64,000 bases of DNA from Candidatus Dojkabacteria bacterium (GCA_030950485.1 JAUZRK010000005.1:4449-68448); one strand, 5' to 3'. Shown: positions 9,381 to 20,088, counted from the stretch's first letter. Translations and numbers: made by a program. The notes: generated by a model not told the origin, from the sequence alone.

Positions 9381-9616
9381 TTTACTATACTGTTAATAAT
9401 TTAGACTAAAAAGGTTACACAGAAAACATATTTTTTCTCAAGGGTTATATTTAAAATCAAAGACAAGTTATTTTTATGAATTTAGAAAAAAGTAATTTAT
9501 AGTAACTATTCACCAACTAACATATCAATGTATTTACTACTGTATTTACTACTGTATTACCTTTATCTTATGCCTTATATCTTATGTCTTATGCCTTACT
9601 TCTTACTTTCTACTTT

Positions 9617-10324
9617 TCACTTCCTACCCCACTCATACAACCCAATCCCAACAGACACTGCTAAATTAAATGAATCAATATTTTCCGATTGAGGAATTTT
9701 TATAACCTCTCCTATTTTTAAAAGTTCTTCAGGAACTCCAAATGATTCAGCTCCAAAGAGCAGAGTAGAAGGCTTTTTAAATGTTACTGTATCAATATTC
9801 TTTTCAGTTCTTGAGTCAAAGATGTAAATATTTTCTCTATTAGATAAATATTTCTCAACATCTAAGACCAACTCTATATTCATTTTAAAAATCCCTCCCA
9901 TTGAACTTCTAATAACTTTTGGATTAAAAATATCAACAGCAGGTTCAACCAAAGCAATATTACTAATTCCAAACCCTAGTGCAGTTCTTATTATTGTTCC
10001 AATATTCCCGTAATCAGATGGATTATATAAAACTAAGTGTGTCTCATTTTGATTTAACTTTGACTCAAACTTATTGAATATTCCTATAAAGTAAGTATTT
10101 TCTTTTTCAGAAAGATCCTTAATTTGCCTATCTGCTTCTATAAAGTCTATATTAAACTTTATACATAGATTTTTAATTATCACAAAAGCTTCAGATTCAA
10201 CTGAAGCTGAACTATAAATAATTTTCACTATTTCACTAGGCTTATTATTTACTAATTCAATTGTAGGATAAGCACCTAATGTGTAAGAGTATTGTAATTT
10301 CTTCTTATATTTACTAAACTTCAC
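9617..10324 (-). CDS. SpoU/TrmH-family RNA 2'-O-methyltransferase
   Basis: SPOUT motifs 'LVLYNPSDYGNIGTIIRTALGFGI' and 'PKVIRSSMGG'. Ends with a TGA stop. Confidence 0.8.
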   Translation of the reverse strand: MKFSKYKKKLQYSYTLGAYPTIELVNNKPSEIVKIIYSSASVESEAFVIIKNLCIKFNIDFIEADRQIKDLSEKENTYFIGIFNKFESKLNQNETHLVLYNPSDYGNIGTIIRTALGFGISNIALVEPAVDIFNPKVIRSSMGGIFKMNIELVLDVEKYLSNRENIYIFDSRTEKNIDTVTFKKPSTLLFGAESFGVPEELLKIGEVIKIPQSENIDSFNLAVSVGIGLYEWGRK

Positions 10325-10363
10325 TTATATCAATGTTATTATTAAGTATTATAAGATAAATCT

Positions 10364-10786
10364 ATGATGACAGCATTAACAATAATTTTAGGTATTATTA
10401 TTACCCCAATTGCTTTAATTTTTCTATTTAGAATCTATGGGAAAATAAGAAAAGCACTTAAGCCTAGCGAGAAGTGGAAATTATCTCTGCTTCTAAAACT
10501 GAATGAATACCAGAAAAGAATTCATACTTCTGATATTAATAGTTTAAAAAGTTTAAAAAATGATTTAGAAAAACTATTAGCTAAGATTTTTAATAAAAAA
10601 GGAGTTAGTGGTTCTAGTTTTAAAGATAAAGTAAAAAATTCATCTAAGCTATTGAGTAAAGAAGAGTGTGAATCATTAAAAAATGCTATAAAAATAAAGG
10701 ATGACTCAGTAGATAAAAATGAGTTAAAGGATGTTATAAATGCAATGTTTGATGCATCTAATTCAATTTTAACTAAATCTAATTGA
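10364..10786 (+). CDS. Hypothetical membrane-anchored protein, 140 aa
   Basis: N-terminal TM helix followed by a K/E-rich helical region. Ends with TGA immediately followed by TAA. Confidence 0.4.
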   Translation: MMTALTIILGIIITPIALIFLFRIYGKIRKALKPSEKWKLSLLLKLNEYQKRIHTSDINSLKSLKNDLEKLLAKIFNKKGVSGSSFKDKVKNSSKLLSKEECESLKNAIKIKDDSVDKNELKDVINAMFDASNSILTKSN

Positions 10787-10964
10787 TAAAGATTTTGTCG
10801 TTAATAATCCAAGGAATCGTATTAGGAGCAATTGTTGGATCTCTTCTGGCTTTCTATTATTATAAGATTCCTGTTGAGAATGGGGTAGTATACGGCGTAC
10901 TACCTGGGGTGTTTTTTAGGTTGGTTGTGAGGTTTAAATTTGGAATATAATGGCTACTGTCTAT

Positions 10965-13900
10965 TTAGTTTATAGTTCTAGCTATAAATGTATTACTAGT
11001 TAAATCATAGTTATTAAAATCAAATGTATCATTTAGAGTAACTGGTATCTTTTGGTTTACATATTTACTAGAAATATGATTAATAGTCATTGAATAGTTT
11101 GATATAGCTCCAGTATTTCCTGGTACTAATACATATTTAAACCCTTTCTTCTCTGCCATCTTAGCAGTTTCATCTAAAAACCATTCTATAAAGTTATCAA
11201 TTGGTATACTTTCCTCATCCGGGTAGTTGAACCCCCTAACTAACAGCGCTTTAGAACCGTCATTTAAAGTTACCTCAAATAAGAGTACTGATCCATCAAG
11301 CTTAAGTTCCCCTTGACCTCTTTCGCCTTCTCTTACAAATTTAAATGGTATAACCTTATGATTAGGGTTATCTATTAGAGGGTAAACACCTGTATAACAT
11401 ACATCTGCAACATATCCTGACAATTCTCCTACCAATCCTAAATCTGGTATTACTTTTACTGCTCGCTTATCTCCTGTTTCAAATTGTCTCATTTCTTCGA
11501 CAGATGCTTTGAATGTTGTTAATTCTTTTTCATATGATTCTAGAACAGTAGATCTTCTCTTCCTATTTTGAGCACCAGAGAGTTCCTTCAAAAATTTGTC
11601 ACTCCAATAAGAACGGATTTCCTTATATTCTTCATCTTCTATCTTTTCTTCATCAAGAGGCTCATTCGGAAATTTAAATACATGATTATTACCTTGTTCA
11701 TTTAGTAGATTTATAATAGAAAGTACTGCATTAGGACTTATTTCTTCATCTTGAAGAGCAATCCTTAAATTATCTATCATGTCTTCATCTCCCTGAAGAG
11801 ACTCTATTAATTTAGTAAATAAACTCCTTCTTATAATTCTATTCTGAACATCTGAATCTGCCTTACCAAATTTAAGATCTGATACTAGCATTATTATATC
11901 TTCAATATCAGAGAGTGATTCTAATTCTTTTTTACGACTTTCGTATTCATCTATTTGTTTTCTTAAAAATATATCTTTCTTTTCAGTACCAGTTTGACTT
12001 AAGGTGCTTTCTAATATTGAAACCTTTTCAGCTATATATAGATCTATACCCTCTAATATATAATTTAAATCATCTCCATTTTCTAAAACAGCCAAATAAT
12101 CATCAGCTATTATATTAAATTCTTCTACAATCCCACTAGGATCAAACATCGTAGCAACTTCACTATCTGTAAAACTCATTTTATAATAACCTTTATAGTC
12201 AGCTCTATTTAATTGTCGCTGATTAAAATCTGATAGTATAGTTTCAAAAGATATTCTCCCTAAACTAAATCTATGTGTATCGTATCCTGTAGCCTGACGT
12301 AAAAAGATTTTATCTATTTCAGTTAGTTTTTCAATCTCCTCTGGCTGAATTTCTTTAGCTGATAATATTCTATTTTTCATACTAGTACCAGCTTGAAAAA
12401 ATTCTTCTGTAGTTTGAAGCTGAAATCGCTTTATCTCGTCTGAGAGTTCATAAGTCCCATTTAACTTTTCATATCTGTATATCTCTTTTAATACTCTGAA
12501 TAAAGCAGGGGACCTTGACAGACCAAGCCTACTGACAAACATAGTCAAGACTTCAATGTCCTCATCTGTTGCTTCAAAGTTACTTTCCTCTTCATTAAGT
12601 AAATATACAATTAGATTTGCAGTTCTATCGTATGCGTTTTGAGTAAAAGCATTTCTTCTCTTCTGATTCGAAATTGGTAGAGCTGAAAGAAATTTCTCAG
12701 CAGCCTCTTCGCCGTATAGTGTCCCAAAACTCTTCTTGCTCATAAGTTTGAAAGTCTCCTCTTTATCAAATTCTAAATACCTTAACATTAATTCCCTAGT
12801 TTCTTCGCCTTCAAATAAAAGACCGTCTATATCATCTATTCTACTAATCCAGTAATCTTTTATTTTCTCTGGTATCCTTCCAATATAGTCAGATACTTGA
12901 TGATTATTATCAATTCTATGAATAAAATTTTTAACGTTATTTAAATAATCTTCTGATAATTCGCCATCTATTAAATATTTAAATATATTTGTGTTTAATC
13001 TATTGATAGATTTATTTTGAGAATTTTGTATATATGCTCCTAATTCAGTAAGGTCATCTAGTTTTGTATACTCAACTAACCTTTCCCAATCTTCAGAAGT
13101 AAGACTTTCAATTAAAGAATTCTCATTTGAGAATGCTTGAAGAAATTCTATATTCTCTACTAAAACATTTACTTCTCCATACCTAGAACCAAATGCTATT
13201 AAGTGCTTAATAGTATTACTTTGTAATTTTTCATTTCGAGCAACTTCCTTCAAATCTGACACTGGTAATTTTCGAAGATCTAAGTTTGCAGCGCTAAGTC
13301 TCCTAGCTATATTCTCACGAGTCTCCAGTGGAATCTCATTATTATATAAAATATCTAGTATTTTAGAAGTTCCGTCTTCAAGACTTGAGATATACCCTAA
13401 AATATTAGGAGAATTGGAGATATCTTGTAGAATTTTTAGCTCTCTTTTTGCTTGCCAAATTTCTTTGTATTCTACGCTATTAGCTTCAATGTCTTTTACT
13501 CTTAATTCTAATTCAGCTCTTGCAGAATTTAATTCTCCAAGATTTTTTAATAGGAATTCTATATCGGCATCCTTTGTATACTCAAATACTTGATCGATAT
13601 TTCTCTTTGTTTTAAATACATCTTCAAGACCTAATTCCAAAATTAATTTTGCAGTTTCTTCCAAATTACTTGAATTTGAAGTAGGCATAATTATCTTCAA
13701 TGCTACTTCCAAGGTCTGAAGGTTAGCGTCTTCTATTCTCTCAGAATAAGAATTTGCATTACTCTTTGATCTCAAGCTGGTAAATAAATCTGGTAAAGCA
13801 TTAGATAAAGTTTGCTTAATCTTTATACCTAAGTCCTTATCAACTCCATCTATAAATGTTAAAAGTGACCAAATTTGATCATCTGAGCCACCAATATCTT

Positions 13901-14186
13901 TTAATGTTTTATTTAAAGTCTTCTCTAAATCAGTTGTACTAAACCGAAGTCTTAGGTCAGTAAATTGACGTCTTATACTCGACATAAACTCAGTATCTTC
14001 ATCACCAATATCAGTCCCAAAAATTTCTTGAATCAATCCATCTATTTGAGGTTCATCAATTTTGATATGTGGAATTATTCTTGAGAAATCACCATATTGA
14101 GAGTTATTTAACAGCATATTAATCATACCTCTACTACTAAGTTTAATCTCACTATTATCTTCTGAAATATAAAAGTCTAAAAACAA
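10965..14186 (-). CDS. Very large hypothetical protein (1073 aa), mostly acidic and helical, with a distinct about 170-aa C-terminal domain
   Basis: Uninterrupted 3.2-kb ORF. No signal peptide, TM segment, Walker or other motif I recognise. The C-terminal segment 'GYVADVCYTG...NPNHKVIPF...LVPGNTGAISNY' is compositionally distinct from the rest. Confidence 0.6.
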   Translation of the reverse strand: MFLDFYISEDNSEIKLSSRGMINMLLNNSQYGDFSRIIPHIKIDEPQIDGLIQEIFGTDIGDEDTEFMSSIRRQFTDLRLRFSTTDLEKTLNKTLKDIGGSDDQIWSLLTFIDGVDKDLGIKIKQTLSNALPDLFTSLRSKSNANSYSERIEDANLQTLEVALKIIMPTSNSSNLEETAKLILELGLEDVFKTKRNIDQVFEYTKDADIEFLLKNLGELNSARAELELRVKDIEANSVEYKEIWQAKRELKILQDISNSPNILGYISSLEDGTSKILDILYNNEIPLETRENIARRLSAANLDLRKLPVSDLKEVARNEKLQSNTIKHLIAFGSRYGEVNVLVENIEFLQAFSNENSLIESLTSEDWERLVEYTKLDDLTELGAYIQNSQNKSINRLNTNIFKYLIDGELSEDYLNNVKNFIHRIDNNHQVSDYIGRIPEKIKDYWISRIDDIDGLLFEGEETRELMLRYLEFDKEETFKLMSKKSFGTLYGEEAAEKFLSALPISNQKRRNAFTQNAYDRTANLIVYLLNEEESNFEATDEDIEVLTMFVSRLGLSRSPALFRVLKEIYRYEKLNGTYELSDEIKRFQLQTTEEFFQAGTSMKNRILSAKEIQPEEIEKLTEIDKIFLRQATGYDTHRFSLGRISFETILSDFNQRQLNRADYKGYYKMSFTDSEVATMFDPSGIVEEFNIIADDYLAVLENGDDLNYILEGIDLYIAEKVSILESTLSQTGTEKKDIFLRKQIDEYESRKKELESLSDIEDIIMLVSDLKFGKADSDVQNRIIRRSLFTKLIESLQGDEDMIDNLRIALQDEEISPNAVLSIINLLNEQGNNHVFKFPNEPLDEEKIEDEEYKEIRSYWSDKFLKELSGAQNRKRRSTVLESYEKELTTFKASVEEMRQFETGDKRAVKVIPDLGLVGELSGYVADVCYTGVYPLIDNPNHKVIPFKFVREGERGQGELKLDGSVLLFEVTLNDGSKALLVRGFNYPDEESIPIDNFIEWFLDETAKMAEKKGFKYVLVPGNTGAISNYSMTINHISSKYVNQKIPVTLNDTFDFNNYDLTSNTFIARTIN

Positions 14187-14276
14187 ATCATCAAAATTAA
14201 TTTCTAGACTTCCCCTCTCATCAGTCTTTACATAACTATCAAAAAAATACTAATATCTATATTACTTTTTTCATTT

Positions 14277-16061
14277 TCAGCATAGTAAAGTAACATCTTT
14301 ATTTGCTAATCCATTCAGCGCTTTATGCAGTCCACTTCTATTTAAATGTATATCACTTCCGTCTTCACTCAAAACAAAGTCCGGCTCATTTATATCATTT
14401 ACAATATGTGGGATGTATCTAGATAAGTTAGAATTATTTACTCTTTCATAAAGTATCACTCTTTCTAATCCAACAGACTCACTTACACTCTCGTCAAAGA
14501 AAGGCTGAAGTCCCATTAATGAATAATAATCAACTTCATCAGAATCTAAATAAACACTAATCTGACCTCTAACCTCATTAATTATCTCTGCTGATAAAAC
14601 GTCTGTAATAGGCCTATCATCATTATATTTATAACTTAATAAACCAGTATACCTATCGTAACCATCAGCCATATGACTTAGTTCACTTTTAAGAATGAAT
14701 TCTACGCCTCCTTCTCTGATTTGTTCTAATACTATGTCATGAACACTACTATCAATCTTTATAGGTTTTTTAGAGTATGGCGCGTTTTCTATTACAGACT
14801 TAAGTATCCTTTTAGACAAATCAGCCCTTACTTTGCCACTCTCTGTAAATCTTTCTCCAATAAAATCTGGAAGAGAAGAGAACCCAGATTCAATTACTTT
14901 CCCTAAAAGACTATTGTTAACATATATCTTATATCCAAATTGATCATTTAAATCTGCTGATCCTCCAGTAAATAAATATTCAAACTCATCATCACTAAGA
15001 GCTGTAATACGATATTTTATTGAATCAGGGAAATTAATCTCTAATTCTGTACAATAATTCACTATTACACCAAGGTCAGATCTGTGTATTTGATCAGCTT
15101 TAATTTGTGCTTCTAAGAAGTTTCTTACTTCTGGTTGAAGTCTATTAAAATCTCCATTTGTCTTATGAATAGCAGCTAAGATGACATTCGCAGAAGCTTT
15201 TGATTCTTCCGAAATTTCTGGGATATCTGTAGTTATCTGTTCCCACATTGGTCCATTTTCTCCTATACTCTTGCCTGAAGAAATTATTATGGATAATGCA
15301 TTATCATAAGTATCATCACTAATTGCATCTATTGAGAAAAGTTCATCAGCTTCAGACAATGCTTCATTATTCTGAGAATTAGCTACCAGAGCTACTAACT
15401 CTATTGAATCATGTTTAGCTAGTGTTATCGGCTTTGAAGCGACTTCAGATCTAATTTTGATAGAATCATCGCTAGTGTCTTTTATAATTTGCGCTGCTAG
15501 TGGATTAACCTCCTTTCCTTCTTTTAAGTTTATATAAGCTATGGCGTTCGCAATAGATCTTTTAGCAATGACTTCATTCTGTATTTCTAAATCTTGTTTT
15601 TCAGCTCTTCGAAATCTTAAACTTGAGGATTTAAACTCTTCAAAGTCTTGATCTGATATCTCTGGTAATAGACCGACAAATCTATCGCTCTCAAGTAACT
15701 CAGCTAACTGTACGGCATCATCACCATCAAGACTGTTATGGTACAAGTTTTTATTTATAAATCCGAAAAAATTAACTTTACCAGTGTTTGTTAAATGATC
15801 AAATAACTCCTCTCTAAATATAGAATCATTTACAATTGTAGATTTATCATTTTCGCCCCTAACATCTCTAAGAAATGATAGAACCCTAATAGCAACTCGT
15901 GTAGAAGCATTAAATAAATTTGCGTTTTGCCCCTGAACAGATCGTCTTAACTTTACTTCTAATATGTCGCTACTTTGTAAAGCTGTATTATCTGTTTGAG
16001 GTTGAATATCTAAAGTCTCATCTTCAGTATTTTGAACATTAGTATTATTATCTTCAGACAT
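14277..16061 (-). CDS. Large hypothetical protein (594 aa), acidic, co-oriented with the downstream 1073-aa gene
   Basis: Uninterrupted 1.8-kb ORF, 90 bp upstream of the 1073-aa gene on the same strand. No recognisable motif. Confidence 0.6.
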   Translation of the reverse strand: MSEDNNTNVQNTEDETLDIQPQTDNTALQSSDILEVKLRRSVQGQNANLFNASTRVAIRVLSFLRDVRGENDKSTIVNDSIFREELFDHLTNTGKVNFFGFINKNLYHNSLDGDDAVQLAELLESDRFVGLLPEISDQDFEEFKSSSLRFRRAEKQDLEIQNEVIAKRSIANAIAYINLKEGKEVNPLAAQIIKDTSDDSIKIRSEVASKPITLAKHDSIELVALVANSQNNEALSEADELFSIDAISDDTYDNALSIIISSGKSIGENGPMWEQITTDIPEISEESKASANVILAAIHKTNGDFNRLQPEVRNFLEAQIKADQIHRSDLGVIVNYCTELEINFPDSIKYRITALSDDEFEYLFTGGSADLNDQFGYKIYVNNSLLGKVIESGFSSLPDFIGERFTESGKVRADLSKRILKSVIENAPYSKKPIKIDSSVHDIVLEQIREGGVEFILKSELSHMADGYDRYTGLLSYKYNDDRPITDVLSAEIINEVRGQISVYLDSDEVDYYSLMGLQPFFDESVSESVGLERVILYERVNNSNLSRYIPHIVNDINEPDFVLSEDGSDIHLNRSGLHKALNGLANKDVTLLC

Positions 16062-16159
16062 ATATTAATCTTGATGATACTCCATCTTAATTAATATCAT
16101 TCTTAAGATCAATGTATTTGAATAAATATTAAATATGTTTAGATTTATTTAAAAAAATA

Positions 16160-17338
16160 TTATTCTTTTCTTGCAGCATATAATCCAAACATACTTCCAA
16201 ATAGCGCTAAGATAAATGTAGAGATAATTGCTATAGAAAGTGAATAGTCACTTTTTAAAATTCCATACCCCATCATGTAGATAAAAAGTAATCCTCTAGA
16301 AAGTAATGACTGCATAGAAAGAATTGTCGAGCGCATAGAAGACTCAATTCGATCATTAGTAAACTGGCCAATTGCAATTCTACTAACTGTGTCTAAGATA
16401 CCAATTATTATTGCAACGAGAATTATTATAAATAACGAGTTTATTAATTGAAATAGTATTATCAAAGGAGTTGTAATAGCTGTAAATTTTATTAGTTTAT
16501 TTATTTTTATTATTTTTTTAAACTTCTTTAAAAGGATAGCGCCAATGGCTCTTCCTATTATTATTAAAGTACAATAAGACCAATCTGACTTTGCTTAAAA
16601 CTATAATCTTCTGAGACTACCTGTATAACCGATTTTGCAGATATAAAAATAGACGAGAAAACTACATAATGAGTTGTGATTTTAAACAAACCATTTTTAA
16701 CTGCTTTTTTAGAAATCAATTCTTTTAAGCTAGATAGAGTATGTCTTAAATAGTTACTATCTTGAATCTCCCTAGCTTTCTTTGTAATATCCGGCTCTTT
16801 TACAAAAAGGATTATCAAGGACGATAATAAGTAGAAAAATATCGGTAACCCTAAAGTAGCTCTTAAGTTATATTGTCCTATAATTCCACCTATCAAAGTA
16901 TATAAAGCAGAGGTTGCAAACGAGATTAGTAATACGTTATTCATAACCTTCTTATAATTCGCCTCATTATTCTCCTGCTTTAATGAATCATAAATAAGCG
17001 CAGTATCCGCTCCAGAGTTTAAACTTAATCCAAGTGCTGAAAAGGCTACTGATACTAATAGGAATAAGTAACTGTCATTTACCATTAATGAAAAATATCA
17101 TGGCAATCATATTTGATAAACCTCCTAAGTATAATGAAAGTTTACGAGATACTTTATCCGCAATTACTCCAGTTGGAACTTCAAATAATAGAACCATTAA
17201 TGAAAAAGTTCCTACAGCACTTAGCGCCTGAACCTCTGTAAATGATTTATATTTAGTTAAATATGGAATAAGAGTAGCAAACCAAAACGTTGGAGTAGAA
17301 AATATGTTGAATAGATAGATTAATTTTATATTTTTCAT
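16160..17338 (-). pseudogene. MFS-type transporter disrupted by two frameshifts
   Basis: Three consecutive minus-strand ORFs (17075-17338, 16564-17085, 16160-16465) are all polytopic-membrane in character. I traced a frame change at about 17080 (…FFINGK* / VNDSYLF…) and another at about 16560 in a TTATTATTA run (…QIGLIVL* / IIIGRAIGAILL…). Confidence 0.55.
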
Positions 17339-17480
17339 AAATCATTATAAAACAAAACGCTGCTTATAGTTGATTAAGTAATGATAGAACATCAGCAATC
17401 CATACTCATAATCTCATTTCCTTATTCACCTATAACTTTTTACTTTAAAATTTTGACTTTTAACTTTATAGTATACTTAT

Positions 17481-18647
17481 TTGATGGAACTCTCAAAAGA
17501 TCAAGACAAAGCACTTAAAGAAATTCTTAAATGGTTTAAAAACCCTTCTAGATCTAATTATATAACACTAGGTGGTTATGCAGGAACTGGTAAAACAACA
17601 TTAGTTTCACTACTACGAGAAGAACTAAGAAAGGAGCATAAAAACTTATCTGTTTCATTTTGTAGCTATACTGGAAAAGCAACTAGAGTTCTTGAAGATA
17701 AACTAAGAGAAAGTAAATCAATTTTAAACCAAGATACAGTAAGTACAATTCACTCTTTAATCTACTCTACAATTACAAATGCTAAAGAAGAAATTATTGG
17801 TTGGGAAAGAAAAAGAGAAGTTGGTAGTGATCTTATAATTGTAGATGAAGCTTCAATGGTAGATAGTAGAATTTGGAATGATCTAAGTTCTTTTGGAATT
17901 CCAATACTAGCAGTTGGAGATCATGGACAATTACCTCCAATAAGCGGAAGTTTTAATCTAGTTGAAAAGCCAATGATAAAATTAGAGGAGATACATAGAC
18001 AGGCAAAAGAAAACCCGATAATAGAGCTCTCAATTCAAGCAAGAAAAGAGGGAAAAATTGATCCCGGTCACTATAGCGGCAATGTAATAAAACTTAGAAG
18101 GTCTGATGAAGACTCAAGAGAAATGTTTTCAGAACTTCTCCAAAATTCAAATAATGATTCATTAGTACTATGTGGATATAACCATACAAGAGTGAAACTT
18201 AATAAATTTATTAGAGATTCTTTGGAGTACGAAACAAGCACACCTGAGTTTGGAGATAGAGTGATTTGCCTAAGAAATAACCATCAGAAAGGTATTTTTA
18301 ACGGGATGCATGGAAACATAAAAAAAATCACTAGCCATAATAATGGCTGGTATAACGCTGAGATCGAAATGGATGGGGATGATAAACGTTTTAAAGGATT
18401 AATTTCAAAAGATCAATTTAATAATCCACAGTCTTTAAACTTCACTGAAGAAAGAGGGAGATATATGGATGGGGATCTTTTTGACTTTGGATACGCGATT
18501 ACAGTCCATAAAGCTCAGGGTAGTCAAGCTAATAGAGTAGTATTGTTTGAAGAGCGTTTTAAACAAATGACCGATAAAATGTGGAAGAGATGGCTTTATA
18601 CTGCAGTTACAAGAGCTGAATCTGAGTTGTATATTTTAGGTGATTAG
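17481..18647 (+). CDS. SF1B RecD/Dda-like ATP-dependent DNA helicase (short form)
   Basis: Walker A 'GGYAGTGKTTL', motif II 'LIIVDEASMVD', 'AVGDHGQLPP', C-terminal 'AITVHKAQGSQANRVVL' and 'YTAVTRAESELYILG'. Confidence 0.8.
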   Translation: MMELSKDQDKALKEILKWFKNPSRSNYITLGGYAGTGKTTLVSLLREELRKEHKNLSVSFCSYTGKATRVLEDKLRESKSILNQDTVSTIHSLIYSTITNAKEEIIGWERKREVGSDLIIVDEASMVDSRIWNDLSSFGIPILAVGDHGQLPPISGSFNLVEKPMIKLEEIHRQAKENPIIELSIQARKEGKIDPGHYSGNVIKLRRSDEDSREMFSELLQNSNNDSLVLCGYNHTRVKLNKFIRDSLEYETSTPEFGDRVICLRNNHQKGIFNGMHGNIKKITSHNNGWYNAEIEMDGDDKRFKGLISKDQFNNPQSLNFTEERGRYMDGDLFDFGYAITVHKAQGSQANRVVLFEERFKQMTDKMWKRWLYTAVTRAESELYILGD

Positions 18648-18651
18648 GAAT

Positions 18652-19713
18652 TTACAATTCAGGATTATTGACAATCTTATGTAAATCTTCTGGGATATCC
18701 TGGAACTCAATTCCCAATCTATAGAGTAAATAATCTGTCTTAGATTTTAAACCTCTGATAATTTGAAAAAATCTACCCTTTTTAAAACTTTCTAAATAAT
18801 TAGAGAATGTCCAATCTAACCTTAGTTTTGGATCATTCATATTGTTACTATTAAATACTAATTCTAGGAGTGTATACATTCCATTACTTATTTCCACCAT
18901 TGCAGTCTTACCGTCAGAAGCTTGCATTAACATTATATACCCAGCATTTTTAGGGAAATCTATTATAGTACTAACATTTGACTTATTCATATCGATAATA
19001 CAGAAATCTAGGCTCTCATTTACATAAAACGAACCTTTAAACTTGGGTTGTCTTAAAAGCACATGCCCCATATAACTAAGTGTTTCTACTGCTAATAAGT
19101 TTCTAATCCTTCTTTCCCGGGGATTCATACTATAAAGCTGTGGAAAGATATAAGTTCTTATTATAGCTATTTCTCTATATTTATAATCTCCATACAGTGC
19201 ATATCCAATATCTGACAATCCCGTTGTTTGCCTAATATCAAAAATATTTCTTATCCCGTCTAGTTCAAAACACTTTGTAAACATATCGTAAGCATGCGTA
19301 TTATTAGTCTCTACTATATTTCTTGCTACAAGCATCTGTTTATCTAAATAGAAACCTGATTCTACAAATAGTCTGAAAGATAGATACTGCGTTTCGTTTT
19401 CGAATAAAACAACTTCACTTAATGACTCATCAGCATTGCTTATAAAACAGTAGTATGTAGAGGGTATACCAGAATTTGAAACTATTTTTGGAATATCAGG
19501 AAATGCTATTTTAAAGTCAGTATCTGGAATATTTATACCAGCAGGTAGATAATCTAAGTCTTCATCATATTCTAAAATATCGAGTTTAGTCTGCTTAATA
19601 ATTCTATCCCGTGCAGAGTTTTTAGCCTTATCGCTAACTTCATCAATTTCATAAGAATTAACTAAAGTTATTCCTCTTGCAGCCGTTACAGTTCTATCTG
19701 GTCTGTAAAACAC
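18652..19713 (-). CDS. Hypothetical protein, convergent with the helicase; the reading frame stays open upstream to about 19967 (see finding)
   Basis: The ORF track starts at a GTG. By manual translation the same frame is open for about 85 more codons upstream with no start codon. An ATG at 19965-19967 is in the +1 frame and joins that frame across a TATATAT run. Confidence 0.5.
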   Translation of the reverse strand: MFYRPDRTVTAARGITLVNSYEIDEVSDKAKNSARDRIIKQTKLDILEYDEDLDYLPAGINIPDTDFKIAFPDIPKIVSNSGIPSTYYCFISNADESLSEVVLFENETQYLSFRLFVESGFYLDKQMLVARNIVETNNTHAYDMFTKCFELDGIRNIFDIRQTTGLSDIGYALYGDYKYREIAIIRTYIFPQLYSMNPRERRIRNLLAVETLSYMGHVLLRQPKFKGSFYVNESLDFCIIDMNKSNVSTIIDFPKNAGYIMLMQASDGKTAMVEISNGMYTLLELVFNSNNMNDPKLRLDWTFSNYLESFKKGRFFQIIRGLKSKTDYLLYRLGIEFQDIPEDLHKIVNNPEL

Positions 19714-20034
19714 TGAATGTCCAAAGTCATCTTCAAATATTGTAGATGGTGATATTAATTTAAGTGCACCAATTACTGAATCTTGAAATCTCCCATCTGG
19801 ATTACCAGTGTAGTGCGATCCGTTATATGCAATTTCTTTTCCCAGTCTAGATGTAGCTAGATAGAAGTATGAACAAGCACTATATCTTGAATCTCTAACT
19901 CTATCTTCTATTATTTCAGATAACTCAACATATATACCCCTCGCTCCTGTAGCTCATATTCCGTTTTCTCATCCATACAATGAATTACAAATTAACAGAA
20001 GGATTTTAGCATACTATAAAGAGGTCTGTCATAT

Positions 20035-20069
20035 ACAAAAAAAGAGGTAGCACAATGCTACCTCTTTAC
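20035..20069 (-). terminator. Rho-independent terminator downstream of the cyclophilin gene
   Basis: Hairpin AAAGAGGTAGC-ATTGT-GCTACCTCTTT followed by TTTTTTTG on the minus strand. Confidence 0.5.
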
Positions 20070-20088
20070 TAATTTTCGATTAATTTTT

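Noticed and set aside
17339-17480. Sigma-70 promoter (TTGACT … TATAGT/TATACT) for the helicase gene
   Set aside because: Candidate -35/-10 hexamers exist but with non-canonical spacing (10 or 21 bp). AT-rich spacers produce many such matches by chance; not reported as a feature.
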